64,000 bases of DNA. Origin: a virus. Taxonomy: Duplodnaviria; Caudoviricetes. The position numbers and the translations under genes were made by a program. Positions 30,784-39,870 of the stretch are shown one piece after another. The stretch covers positions 13,832-77,831 of the IMG/VR virus record IMGVR_UViG_3300026484_000545; one strand, given 5' to 3'. The number at the start of each line of letters is the position of its first letter. Within the stretch, counting starts at the first letter, position 1. The notes beneath the pieces are model-generated. The model was given only the letters and a program-made list of their open reading frames with translations. It did no database searches and was not told the DNA's origin.

Positions 30784-31914
30784 TTATTTAGCAAATTTTT
30801 CTTTTATTACGTCGATTAATACTTTGATTGCAGATCCAAATGCTGCTACCAATGTTAAAATTGCAGCTGCTCCAATTATTGCAAGTGGAAGTCCTTTTAA
30901 ACCGAGAGTTTTACATGCTGCAAAATACTTCTTGAATAAAGTAATAGGTTTTGTAAGGTGAGCAGTAGTTAAACCTGCAATTTTCTTTCCGATAGCCCAT
31001 ACTGCCAAATACAATGCAATACCTACAGCTAATAATACTGCAACACCTTTAACTCCATATTCACCTTTAAGAGTTTTATACGCTTTTTGGAAGAGTTCTT
31101 TAATTTTACCTAAAACTCCTCCAGATTTAACAGCAGCTATAGTTGCGCTAGCTTCTTTAGTAAATGCCTCTAATTTCTTAAGTACTTTCTTTACGTCTTT
31201 TTTAGCACAATTGAATACATCTTTAAATTTCTCATCATCAAGTCCAAGTGCTTTTTCTACTACACCTTGGAATTTCTTACCAAGCCATACAAGAACACCT
31301 AAAGTTTCTGCATAAATTTTCTTGTAAGCATCCATTATTTGATTGTATACGGATATCACTTTTCTGTAAATTTCCTGAGGATGTTTGTATCGTTTTAATG
31401 CTTTTTCAAATTCTTCTTCATCATTGTATCTAAGCTCTTTTAATGCTTTTCCAAAACCAGCTTCTCTTAAATCGGAAACTGCTCTTTCAAGTTTCTTAAT
31501 TTCTTCATCTACAAGTTTGTTAAACGCTTCTACTTTATCTTCAATTGCGTCTCTAATTGCTTTTATTTCTTTTCTTTTTCTTTCCTCATCATCTTTATAC
31601 TTTACTCTTGCATATCTTTCAATAACATATTCACATGCATCTTTACATACAGCTGCACTATTTCTTACGGTTTCTTTTGTCTTAGATATTGCGGATTTTA
31701 CGTGGCTGAAAGTTTCTAAATTTAACGCAGATGCATCAATGTTTGCTGCAAATGAAGCTACAAGACGTCTAGCTTGTTCATCAAGATAATCAGCTACTTT
31801 GTTTACTAAATCTGCTAAATTGGAAACACTACCTATGCTAGCAGGAGCTTCAGCGTTTTCAGCCTCAGTTAAAATATCCAATGCCAAAATTTCTGCTTCA
31901 GTAAGTAAGTTCAT
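30784..31914 (-). CDS. Putative internal virion/ejection protein, paralog of 29296-30390
   Basis: MNLLTEAEILALDILTEA; shared KGEYGVKG...ALYLAVWAIG..IA C-terminal TM module. Confidence 0.55.
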   Translation of the reverse strand: MNLLTEAEILALDILTEAENAEAPASIGSVSNLADLVNKVADYLDEQARRLVASFAANIDASALNLETFSHVKSAISKTKETVRNSAAVCKDACEYVIERYARVKYKDDEERKRKEIKAIRDAIEDKVEAFNKLVDEEIKKLERAVSDLREAGFGKALKELRYNDEEEFEKALKRYKHPQEIYRKVISVYNQIMDAYKKIYAETLGVLVWLGKKFQGVVEKALGLDDEKFKDVFNCAKKDVKKVLKKLEAFTKEASATIAAVKSGGVLGKIKELFQKAYKTLKGEYGVKGVAVLLAVGIALYLAVWAIGKKIAGLTTAHLTKPITLFKKYFAACKTLGLKGLPLAIIGAAAILTLVAAFGSAIKVLIDVIKEKFAK

Positions 31915-31973
31915 ATTACAATTCCTCCTGTTTAGATTTGAGTTTCTTTAATTTTGTTAAGCATGTTAAAAAC

Positions 31974-33293
31974 TTAAGCATCGGGTTTATCTTTATCTTC
32001 TCTAACCCGAATAAATGTAGGATGTCTAAGTTTTCCATCTTTTGTAACTTCTAGAAATTTAACTTCAACTATTTTACCAATAATTTCTTCAGGATGTTCG
32101 AACCATCTTCTCCTATATTCGTATGGTAAACCTGAAACTTTTACATATTGATCCTTATACTTAACCAGTAGTGCTTGAATTTCATTTGGACGTTTTGTAG
32201 AAGGTACTACATCAACAACAAGTAAATCTAAGGTGTAAAACTTTTTGAATTTTATCCAATAGTACGTTCGTTTACCAGGTTCGTAAGGTGCATTACCTAA
32301 TTTAAGCATTAAACCTTCCCAGCCTTTTGCAACAAGCTTATCGGTTAGTTGTAGAAGATATGCAATACTTGGTTTTTCTACTTTATGATGTGGCACGTAT
32401 ATAAGTTTTTCATCATCGTAATGCGATAAAAATTTTTTCAAGTCTTCTTTACGTTTGATATAAGGACGAGTGTAAACAGAGTTTGCAAGTTCATTTGGAT
32501 TGCCAATTAAAAAGTCATAGAGGTAATATTTAACAAGTTTTTCTTGACTTGGACTTAATTTGTATTTTCTAGAGCTGGAAAAGGCCATTGAGATATTCCA
32601 ATTTTTTGCATAAATTTCACCGTCGAGGATATAAGTTTCTCCTTTTGGAACTACGGATTGGTATTTTTTAATATGAGGAGCAATTACTTCTTCAAAATAC
32701 GTCATACGTTTACCATTTCTACTATAGCACATGAAGTAGTCTCTGGTTACGAAAGTTACGCAACGTAAACCGTCAATTTTAACTTCCCAAAAGCAAGGTT
32801 GAGTTTCTAAAAAGTACTCTAATTTACTTTCAGGTACTTTTTCAAACGATTGAGCAAGCATTGGGTAAAACTTAGTTTCGGTATCTACATCTCCTTTAAT
32901 TGCTTTTTTGATAAGTTGTAAACCTACTCCTATACGCAAATCTTTTGCAAGTATCCTTTTGTACCATTTGCAATGAAATTCATCGCATTTCTTAAAAAAT
33001 TCTTGAAGTGTTTTAAGCAGTACATTGCCTGATAATTTTCTGAGAGCAATTGCAGTCGCAATGTTCCAGAATTCTTCAAATGAGGTTGTATATTTTTTAC
33101 CGCATGGGATTTTTTGAAGGGTTTCGTAAGAAACGTTGAACTTCAAGTTTTTATCAAATACAAGTTTTACGATTTTCATAAAGATTGCGGGATATAGTTC
33201 ATATAGTTCGCGAATGATTTCTATTTTAACTTTTTGTTTTGTTTCTTTTTCGAGACGTTCAAATATTTTAAAAATCTCTGTTTCAGGTTTCAT
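31974..33293 (-). CDS. lig: ATP-dependent DNA ligase
   Basis: EVKIDGLR, LDGEI, EGLMLK, WIKFK, LRHPTFIRVREDK. Confidence 0.95.
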   Translation of the reverse strand: MKPETEIFKIFERLEKETKQKVKIEIIRELYELYPAIFMKIVKLVFDKNLKFNVSYETLQKIPCGKKYTTSFEEFWNIATAIALRKLSGNVLLKTLQEFFKKCDEFHCKWYKRILAKDLRIGVGLQLIKKAIKGDVDTETKFYPMLAQSFEKVPESKLEYFLETQPCFWEVKIDGLRCVTFVTRDYFMCYSRNGKRMTYFEEVIAPHIKKYQSVVPKGETYILDGEIYAKNWNISMAFSSSRKYKLSPSQEKLVKYYLYDFLIGNPNELANSVYTRPYIKRKEDLKKFLSHYDDEKLIYVPHHKVEKPSIAYLLQLTDKLVAKGWEGLMLKLGNAPYEPGKRTYYWIKFKKFYTLDLLVVDVVPSTKRPNEIQALLVKYKDQYVKVSGLPYEYRRRWFEHPEEIIGKIVEVKFLEVTKDGKLRHPTFIRVREDKDKPDA

Positions 33294-33300
33294 TATAAAA

Positions 33301-33741
33301 CTACTCCCCGGAAGTTTTTATTAAATCTTTACAAGCCTTATAAATACAGAAGTAGAAGTCGTAAATTGCTTTAATCAAGCGTAAATACGTTTTGTAATAT
33401 GATTTTACTGGCTTAATTGAAAAAGTAATAAAATGATTGCTTCCTTGTCTTGAATGAGTAAAGTTTTCAAGTTTTTTTGACATTAGTTTGATTGCAGGTT
33501 CTAATACGTTTTTCTTATCTTCAATTACAAAGGAAATACATATGTTTTCTAAAACAGTGTAAGCAGGATCGTGAATAAATGTCACAACTTTACAGCCGAG
33601 TTGATTTAAGATTCTTTGAATAGGGTAGATTTTTTCATCAACATCTATCAATTTTGAGTTACTACATTTGGGACATTTTTTATCAGTCCATATAGAGTCG
33701 TGAAAAATCTCAAAACATTTAGCGCATACTTTCATCAGCAT
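33301..33741 (-). CDS. Zn-ribbon protein
   Basis: CAKC...CPKC. Confidence 0.65.
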   Translation of the reverse strand: MLMKVCAKCFEIFHDSIWTDKKCPKCSNSKLIDVDEKIYPIQRILNQLGCKVVTFIHDPAYTVLENICISFVIEDKKNVLEPAIKLMSKKLENFTHSRQGSNHFITFSIKPVKSYYKTYLRLIKAIYDFYFCIYKACKDLIKTSGE

Positions 33742-33762
33742 ACCCTCCTTTTTCTTACTTGA

Positions 33763-34200
33763 TTATTTCGTTTTTCGACGCCTACGTTTCTTAAAACCTT
33801 CATCTTGTTTCAATACTTTTCGTTCTTCCGGAGTTAAGATGCAAGTCCATATGAAATAAGCTTCCGATTCGGATGCGTCAGGTTTAATATATCTTCGAAC
33901 CTTTTGTACGATTTCCTTTAGTTCCTTTTTTGGACTCTTTTCGTTTTTACCATAAAAGATTTTGTCTTTTTTTGTTAAATTGTATTGACGCACTAACTTT
34001 TTTGCTAGCTTCAAATATGAAATTGCTGGAGCATTTAATGTCTGATAGTTATTTAAAACTTGACTGAAAACAGATAAGTATTCAGGATGTCCAATGTAAC
34101 GCGGAATTATTTGTTTTACCATAAATTCATTTTCTAGTAATTCAGGTGTTAAATCGCCATCTTCAAATAGGAATTTATCGATTTGAGCAAAGATAGACAT
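33763..34200 (-). CDS. Possible clamp-loader small subunit (T4 gp62-like)
   Basis: C-terminal RY...SESEA....ILTPEE pattern and size. Confidence 0.45.
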   Translation of the reverse strand: MSIFAQIDKFLFEDGDLTPELLENEFMVKQIIPRYIGHPEYLSVFSQVLNNYQTLNAPAISYLKLAKKLVRQYNLTKKDKIFYGKNEKSPKKELKEIVQKVRRYIKPDASESEAYFIWTCILTPEERKVLKQDEGFKKRRRRKTK

Positions 34201-34225
34201 GAGACCCTCCTAATCCATTTCTTAT

Positions 34226-35077
34226 TTATAGGATTACAAAATCTTGCTCGGAGTATAGCAAATCTGAACTAAACTCCTCTTTTTTCAGCAGACATATTTC
34301 TTTATAAGGACAGAAATAACATTTGGTTTTTTCAATAAATGGATGATCGAGATTTGGAATTTGTTTTGTAGCTATTGCTTTTTGAATTTCATTAGCTTTA
34401 TTTATACAATATTCTACATCGGAATCATTAGGATTATACTCAAATGTAAATACTTTGATAGCATCTAGATTTCGCGATATATATAAAAGCTGTCCGTATT
34501 TTACAGGTTTTTGTTGTTCAGTTGCAAGTAAATACATATAGAATTTGAGCTGACGAATATGTTCAATTCGTCCAGTAAAAGACTCGGATTTCAATTCATC
34601 AGCCTTGATTGTTTTGATTTCAATGACGTTATAAGAATTGTCATCAAGAATATTAATTGCATCAATTCTACCTTTTACTTTAAGTTGCTCTGAATAAATT
34701 TCATGCTCAACGTAATCAAATCCAAGCAGTTGTTGTAAAAACTGATGAACAAACTCTCCAACTGCGGTAATAAGTCCCAAGTATGGATAAACGGATACAT
34801 TACACTTATCGTAATTAAAGTACTCAAATAAAATTTGACGAATACATTTGGAAGTTAATGAGGATACGTATATATAGTCTTTATAAAACATTGAATTCTT
34901 TTGCGTAAGTTGAGAATACTCCTTGAGAGCATTTAAAATGTTTTCTTCATCTAATAATTTGGCGACATTTGACTGATGCGAAATATCGACATTTATATTC
35001 GGCTGTATACTAGATTTTTGCGTTTCTTTTTTCAGAATTCCCGCTTGAATATAATCCAGCAAATTTTCTAAATTCAT
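34226..35077 (-). CDS. Cas4-like PD-(D/E)xK exonuclease with Fe-S cysteines
   Basis: CIRQ, GRIDA, EIKT, QLKFY, CYFCPYKEIC; start moved to MNLENL. Confidence 0.85.
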   Translation of the reverse strand: MNLENLLDYIQAGILKKETQKSSIQPNINVDISHQSNVAKLLDEENILNALKEYSQLTQKNSMFYKDYIYVSSLTSKCIRQILFEYFNYDKCNVSVYPYLGLITAVGEFVHQFLQQLLGFDYVEHEIYSEQLKVKGRIDAINILDDNSYNVIEIKTIKADELKSESFTGRIEHIRQLKFYMYLLATEQQKPVKYGQLLYISRNLDAIKVFTFEYNPNDSDVEYCINKANEIQKAIATKQIPNLDHPFIEKTKCYFCPYKEICLLKKEEFSSDLLYSEQDFVIL

Positions 35078-35104
35078 TGCAGTATACTCCCAACTAAACT
35101 TACG

Positions 35105-35142
35105 AAAAAGAAAAGTTAGGCTGGGTTGCAACCCAGCCTAAC
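35105..35142 (-). terminator. Intrinsic terminator
   Basis: GTTAGGCTGGGT/ACCCAGCCTAAC stem then TTTTCTTTTT on the minus strand. Confidence 0.85.
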
Positions 35143-35547
35143 CTATTTTTGTAACTCAGTGTAGTATGCATATTTACGAAATGTTTTAAAGATTTTTGGA
35201 TTTTTTTGCTCACTTAACTGCTTAAATGCTAAATATGCAATATATGCCTTTGTAAGTTTTTCACATAATTTACCTGAACAGAGCTGAATTTTCCTGCTAT
35301 TTGAAGTCTCAATTAAATGCATTAAAGCATCATCTTTACTTAAAACAGTTGCTAGTTTTTCGGCAACTTTATGTTTATGTTTTTTAACAAGAGTTTTCAT
35401 TTCAGATAAAAGTTGATTGACATCTTCATATGTTTCAATATCGCAATGCTCAGCAATTTTTTTAGCAAGTTTTAATCGTAGCTTTGCAAATTTTTGACTT
35501 GAATCAATATACTCAAGTAGTCTCCGAATTATTCGTATCGCGGTCAT
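35143..35547 (-). CDS. Hypothetical basic protein
   Basis: GAGGAG RBS inside the recA 3' end. Confidence 0.6.
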   Translation of the reverse strand: MTAIRIIRRLLEYIDSSQKFAKLRLKLAKKIAEHCDIETYEDVNQLLSEMKTLVKKHKHKVAEKLATVLSKDDALMHLIETSNSRKIQLCSGKLCEKLTKAYIAYLAFKQLSEQKNPKIFKTFRKYAYYTELQK

Positions 35548-36676
35548 CAATATTCTCCTCAAGCAATTGAGTTTCTAGATTTTTCGAAGTTTCAATTTGT
35601 TTACGTAATACTTCTTTTAACGTTTCGACATGTTCATCAAAAACTTCCTTGAATTTTGGATCGTTTTGATAGTACTCATATGCTTTTTTCAAATGGAATT
35701 TTTTAGGATACCCTTCCATAGAATAATAGCCACCCGATGCTCCTACTACCTTTAATACATCTCTCAAATAGAGGAAATTTGTCCAAAATTCACTAAACCC
35801 ATTTGCATAATCTAAAACCATGTAAAATGGATGAAATGGTGCAACGTATTTGTTCTTCAGAAATTTACATTCGGTAATTGCTCCTTGAAATCCAAAACTT
35901 CCGGATTTATCAGGTTTTAATTGAGTATACGGTTTCATAAGTAAAACTGAGAATGCTGCAAATATTTGTGCTTTACCACCAGGTATTGATTTGTTTTCAA
36001 GCCCAGGTAAATTAATCTCGTTTATACCATCAAAAGGCCCAAGCTTTGGTTTCTCTCTAAGCTGATTCACTGCAAGTAGTGTAATATTGTATTGTGCAAG
36101 ATAACCAGTGATAGTTCTAAAGAAAGCTGATAAAATTCTAGCATTCAAACCTAGTGTTTGATTTATATCATTTGTCTTTAATTCTTTTTCACTTGGTGTT
36201 TGAGCAATAGAATCCCATACGATAATAGTTGGGACTTTAAGATAAGAAGGATCCTTTTTAATTTTTTCACGTTTAATTGCAATGATTCCCTCAATAGATT
36301 CCATTACCTTTTCGAGTGTAATACCTGCATCGCAATATAATACTTTATCAAGTTTTACACCAAGTTGTTGAAATCTTTTACGGGACATTGCAGCTTCGGT
36401 GTCAATTATAAGAATTATTGCGTCTTCATATTTTCTTTGAATTGCTGATACGCATTGTAATGCTAAAGTAGATTTACCTGCACCAGGATTTGCTAAAAAC
36501 AAATGGAATTTCCCTAAAGTTATACCACCTCCGCTGTAAATGTCAAATATTGTCAAATTTGTCGGAATTAAAATATCGTCGTCCTCAGCTTTTTTTCGAA
36601 CTGGCAAAGATTTGGATTGTAATAAGTCAACTATTTCATCGTATAAATCTTCAGATTGTTTTCTAGTCTTCGCCAT
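35513..36676 (-). CDS. recA: RecA/UvsX-family recombinase
   Basis: PGAGKST, IDTE, VWDSIA, NQLR, PGGKA, KNK. Confidence 0.92.
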   Translation of the reverse strand: MAKTRKQSEDLYDEIVDLLQSKSLPVRKKAEDDDILIPTNLTIFDIYSGGGITLGKFHLFLANPGAGKSTLALQCVSAIQRKYEDAIILIIDTEAAMSRKRFQQLGVKLDKVLYCDAGITLEKVMESIEGIIAIKREKIKKDPSYLKVPTIIVWDSIAQTPSEKELKTNDINQTLGLNARILSAFFRTITGYLAQYNITLLAVNQLREKPKLGPFDGINEINLPGLENKSIPGGKAQIFAAFSVLLMKPYTQLKPDKSGSFGFQGAITECKFLKNKYVAPFHPFYMVLDYANGFSEFWTNFLYLRDVLKVVGASGGYYSMEGYPKKFHLKKAYEYYQNDPKFKEVFDEHVETLKEVLRKQIETSKNLETQLLEENIDDRDTNNSETT

Positions 36677-37028
36677 CATCACCTCCAATTACTGTAATCG
36701 TTTTTTGTAGTTGAGTTAAAATACGAGGATCAAGTTTGACTTGATCCTCAGATGTATCTAATTTCGATAAAAGCTTGATTTGTTGTAAACGTGTTGATAT
36801 TGCTGTGGATTGTAACTGTCCAAAAATTCTCAATAACTCAACGTACATTTCATTTTGATTCATTACATTCTTACTTTTATATGCATAATAGCTGGTGTCG
36901 CGTTTATCTGACAAAATCTGTTTTTGCAAAGTTTGTAGATTACTTTTAATTGTTGAAAGCATTTCATCAATATCGGATAATCTATTATCCAAATCTTGCA
37001 TATATTCATCTAGTTTTTTATTTTGCAA
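36663..37028 (-). CDS. Coiled-coil hypothetical protein
   Basis: AGGAGG RBS; heptad pattern. Confidence 0.65.
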   Translation of the reverse strand: MQNKKLDEYMQDLDNRLSDIDEMLSTIKSNLQTLQKQILSDKRDTSYYAYKSKNVMNQNEMYVELLRIFGQLQSTAISTRLQQIKLLSKLDTSEDQVKLDPRILTQLQKTITVIGGDDGED

Positions 37029-37042
37029 AAGAATTCCTCCTT

Positions 37043-38551
37043 TTATACGAGATGTTTTTGAATTTGTTTCATGTTAAATAGTTGCTTTCGAATTTGAGGC
37101 AATAAATGCTTTGCTCTAGGTAGAAAATCATAGAAAATTTTAAGCTCGTAGGCTAAAGCTTCAGCACGTACTGTAATTAACTTTTGATTCAAGAGATCCA
37201 AGTATGTATATCTACATACATTTGTGATAAATTTATGCCAATACTGAGTTTCTTTTGTATAGCGTTTAAATAGGTTATTTGGATGCTCATACAATTCATC
37301 TAAAACATTTTTGATTCCGGTTAATTTAACACGATTTTTCAACTGCTGCTTTACATTTGATGTCAATAATCGTGGAATTAATTGTAATTTGGCAAAGCGT
37401 TTAAGAAAATCGCTGTAATAAAGTACTAAAATTGCACTTTCTTTTTTAGTAAACGGCAATGAAACAGTTTCACCAACCGTATAAGTTATTAATGGCGCTA
37501 CAAATGTATCAAAAAACGGTTTGTTAAAGTTATATTGCTCGTAAAATACAGAGGTTTTCATACCATATGTCTTTTCTAAATACTGCATCATATACATCAA
37601 ATATTTATCGAAAGCAACCTTTAGGCAATAGTCAATATTTGCCTTATAAAAATCATCAAGTTCTAAATAAGTTAGCGAAACTTGATATACGTCAGTGTAT
37701 AGGTAATACAGTTGACGACTCAAGAAGTCAATTACAAAACCAATGGGATTATAACTTTTATGCATAATAGGAAGAATGTAAAAAAGAATGTTGTAGAAAA
37801 ATTCAGAAACTACGTAATCTTCGTCTTTAAGCATTACTTCCGATAAAAATTTCCAGATGTTTTCTCTATTTTTCTTAGAACCGTATACTCTTTGTTTTAC
37901 GATCACAAAAAGTTTATCAAAAACTCCATGTTTTCGTAAGGGTTCTAGTAAAGTTTCTGTTATTTTAGTATGCAATCCTGGTGAAAATTTTTTGGAAGTG
38001 TAAAAAATTAAACCATATAACTTCATCATCCAGGCATATTGAATCAATAAAAGACTATCTTCCTCATTTATCTTAACTTTTGCACGAGTATTAGTACGAA
38101 TTTTTAGTTTCACATTTGGTAAATAATAAGTTTCGAGATATTGCTTTAGGAAATTAAACCCTGCAAATAAAATGTCAGAGAAAGTAATTTCGTCAATCCA
38201 AGAGTTTAAATATAGGTAATATGAGTAGAGAAATTGCTTTGCAAAATCAGGAAACTTCTCGAAAAAATCATCCAAATCGCTTAAAATATACGGACGAAAT
38301 TTTCGAGTGATTTTTTGCTCTAATTGAACGGTTACATCTTGTAAAGTTTCGTAGGGATAATTTACTCCATATTCATCGCATGCATACTCATAAATCGACT
38401 TACGTGTAGAATCAGTTACACCAACATGTAATCGATACCCTCTGATATTAAACGAAAACCCCAAAGTCTCATAAAACATAACGAAATACCTCCTTAATTT
38501 GCGTGATACAGTGCGAGTAAAAATATGAGGGGGCTTTTTATGCCCCCTCAT
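37043..38551 (-). CDS. Large helical protein; candidate sigma-like promoter-specificity subunit of the non-virion RNAP
   Basis: 502 aa, all-helical, size similar to phiKZ gp68/AR9 gp226; assignment is inference. Confidence 0.45.
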   Translation of the reverse strand: MRGHKKPPHIFTRTVSRKLRRYFVMFYETLGFSFNIRGYRLHVGVTDSTRKSIYEYACDEYGVNYPYETLQDVTVQLEQKITRKFRPYILSDLDDFFEKFPDFAKQFLYSYYLYLNSWIDEITFSDILFAGFNFLKQYLETYYLPNVKLKIRTNTRAKVKINEEDSLLLIQYAWMMKLYGLIFYTSKKFSPGLHTKITETLLEPLRKHGVFDKLFVIVKQRVYGSKKNRENIWKFLSEVMLKDEDYVVSEFFYNILFYILPIMHKSYNPIGFVIDFLSRQLYYLYTDVYQVSLTYLELDDFYKANIDYCLKVAFDKYLMYMMQYLEKTYGMKTSVFYEQYNFNKPFFDTFVAPLITYTVGETVSLPFTKKESAILVLYYSDFLKRFAKLQLIPRLLTSNVKQQLKNRVKLTGIKNVLDELYEHPNNLFKRYTKETQYWHKFITNVCRYTYLDLLNQKLITVRAEALAYELKIFYDFLPRAKHLLPQIRKQLFNMKQIQKHLV

Positions 38552-38783
38552 ATTTTGCTACAACTTGTTTAATCGTATCCTGAATTTCTTCTAGCGTATT
38601 TGAATCTACAATTCCATATATATTTACACTGATTCCGATGGGATTACGTACAATCTCAAATCGTTGAATCAACTCAAAGTTGATGTGAGGAAACTGTTCT
38701 CGTAAGGTTTGTTGCAATTCCTTAATCAGTTCATCGGAATACAAATCGATATTGCAAACAGACTGATATTCAAACGTACTCAT
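38538..38783 (-). CDS. Small hypothetical protein
   Basis: 81-aa ORF with GAGGG RBS. Confidence 0.65.
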   Translation of the reverse strand: MSTFEYQSVCNIDLYSDELIKELQQTLREQFPHINFELIQRFEIVRNPIGISVNIYGIVDSNTLEEIQDTIKQVVAKYEGA

Positions 38784-38917
38784 TAATCCCTCACGTTTGA
38801 TTGATTGTATGATTAATCTAGCAAGATAATCAAATATGCGCTACCTGTTTTCCTAAACTCGAAATGCAAAATCAGCAAATTCTTCGTAAATGTAAGATAA
38901 TCGAATTTCTACATCTG

Positions 38918-39144
38918 GTGTCTTTCACTTTATGCGTTAAACGAAAAGCTTTTATGTAGCTGATCGATTGCAAAGCGAAAAAGAATCAGATTTGAGTACG
39001 AGGATATCCATCGAGTATTGCATCATACTTTGTGTTGTTCACTTTATGTGAATTTTCTGATTGCAACAATTGATTTGATTACAAGATCGATTAACCATCG
39101 ATTACTCACTAGTGTTTCTGCAATACGTGTTTTCTCTTTATGTG
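38918..39144 (+). repeat. Three degenerate direct repeats GTGT(N)2TTC(A/T)CTTTATG(C/T)G
   Basis: Copies at 38918-38936, 39032-39050, 39127-39144. Confidence 0.7.
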
Positions 39145-39319
39145 ATTTTAAAAGAAAGCTAATTTGCAATAAGGATAGTAAATTGCAACGATACTAGAAA
39201 GAGATATACTCACCACATTTTGTGTTTTGATAAGATGATTTGTTAATCTCATTGCTTTTTGAGTTTACAATAGGTTAATCAAAATTTGAGAAATCAAAAT
39301 CGGATATGTAATGACTCGT

Positions 39320-39362
39320 TATAGCGGATAACGTAGTCCTATCCGCTATATTTTCTATTTTT
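39320..39362 (+). terminator. Plus-strand intrinsic terminator with no plus-strand ORF upstream
   Basis: 11-bp stem TATAGCGGATA/TATCCGCTATA followed by TTTTCTATTTTT. Confidence 0.65.
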
Positions 39363-39870
39363 ACTTAAGATATTTCTATCTCAAATTTTGATTAGTTATA
39401 TTCTTTATTACCTAATTGTCTATTTTCGATAGTTAGGTAATCTCTAGATATGAAATCAACAAAATCTCTTTTAATTCTCACATAAGAATCACAAGTGATA
39501 TCAAACGATAAATCAACCAGGAATTTGCGAATATTTGCATTTATGCGAATATTTGCAAATTCCGATGAACTATCGATGTTATTACTTATTCCCATAAGCA
39601 TCATTAGTAAGCAGATAATCAACAATAGAACGTATGATTCTCTTGTTTGAGATATCTTTAGATATCTCAAATGAGAGAATCTTCTATTATTGCTTAATTT
39701 GCTAAAGGAATCGTAAGTTTGATAGATAAAGCTATAGAATAAGCTATTCTTATTTACGCAGATCACGTTTTCGCACTTGTAATCCAATTGCTTGCATTGG
39801 TTTTCACATCTGGTTGGGATTTGTGAGAACTCCAACATTTGCAAACACCTCCAATGATTTTTTGACGTCA

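Noticed and set aside
38900-39250. CRISPR array (repeats with ATTGCAAC-like ends, Cas4 and TnpB nearby)
   Set aside because: Only three degenerate copies, irregular 95-115 bp period, no identical repeats, no cas1/cas2.
39392-39844. 150-aa minus-strand ORF with GGAGG RBS
   Set aside because: No recognisable motif, atypical composition, and it lies antisense to long G-U-containing hairpins. Left uncalled, though it may be real.
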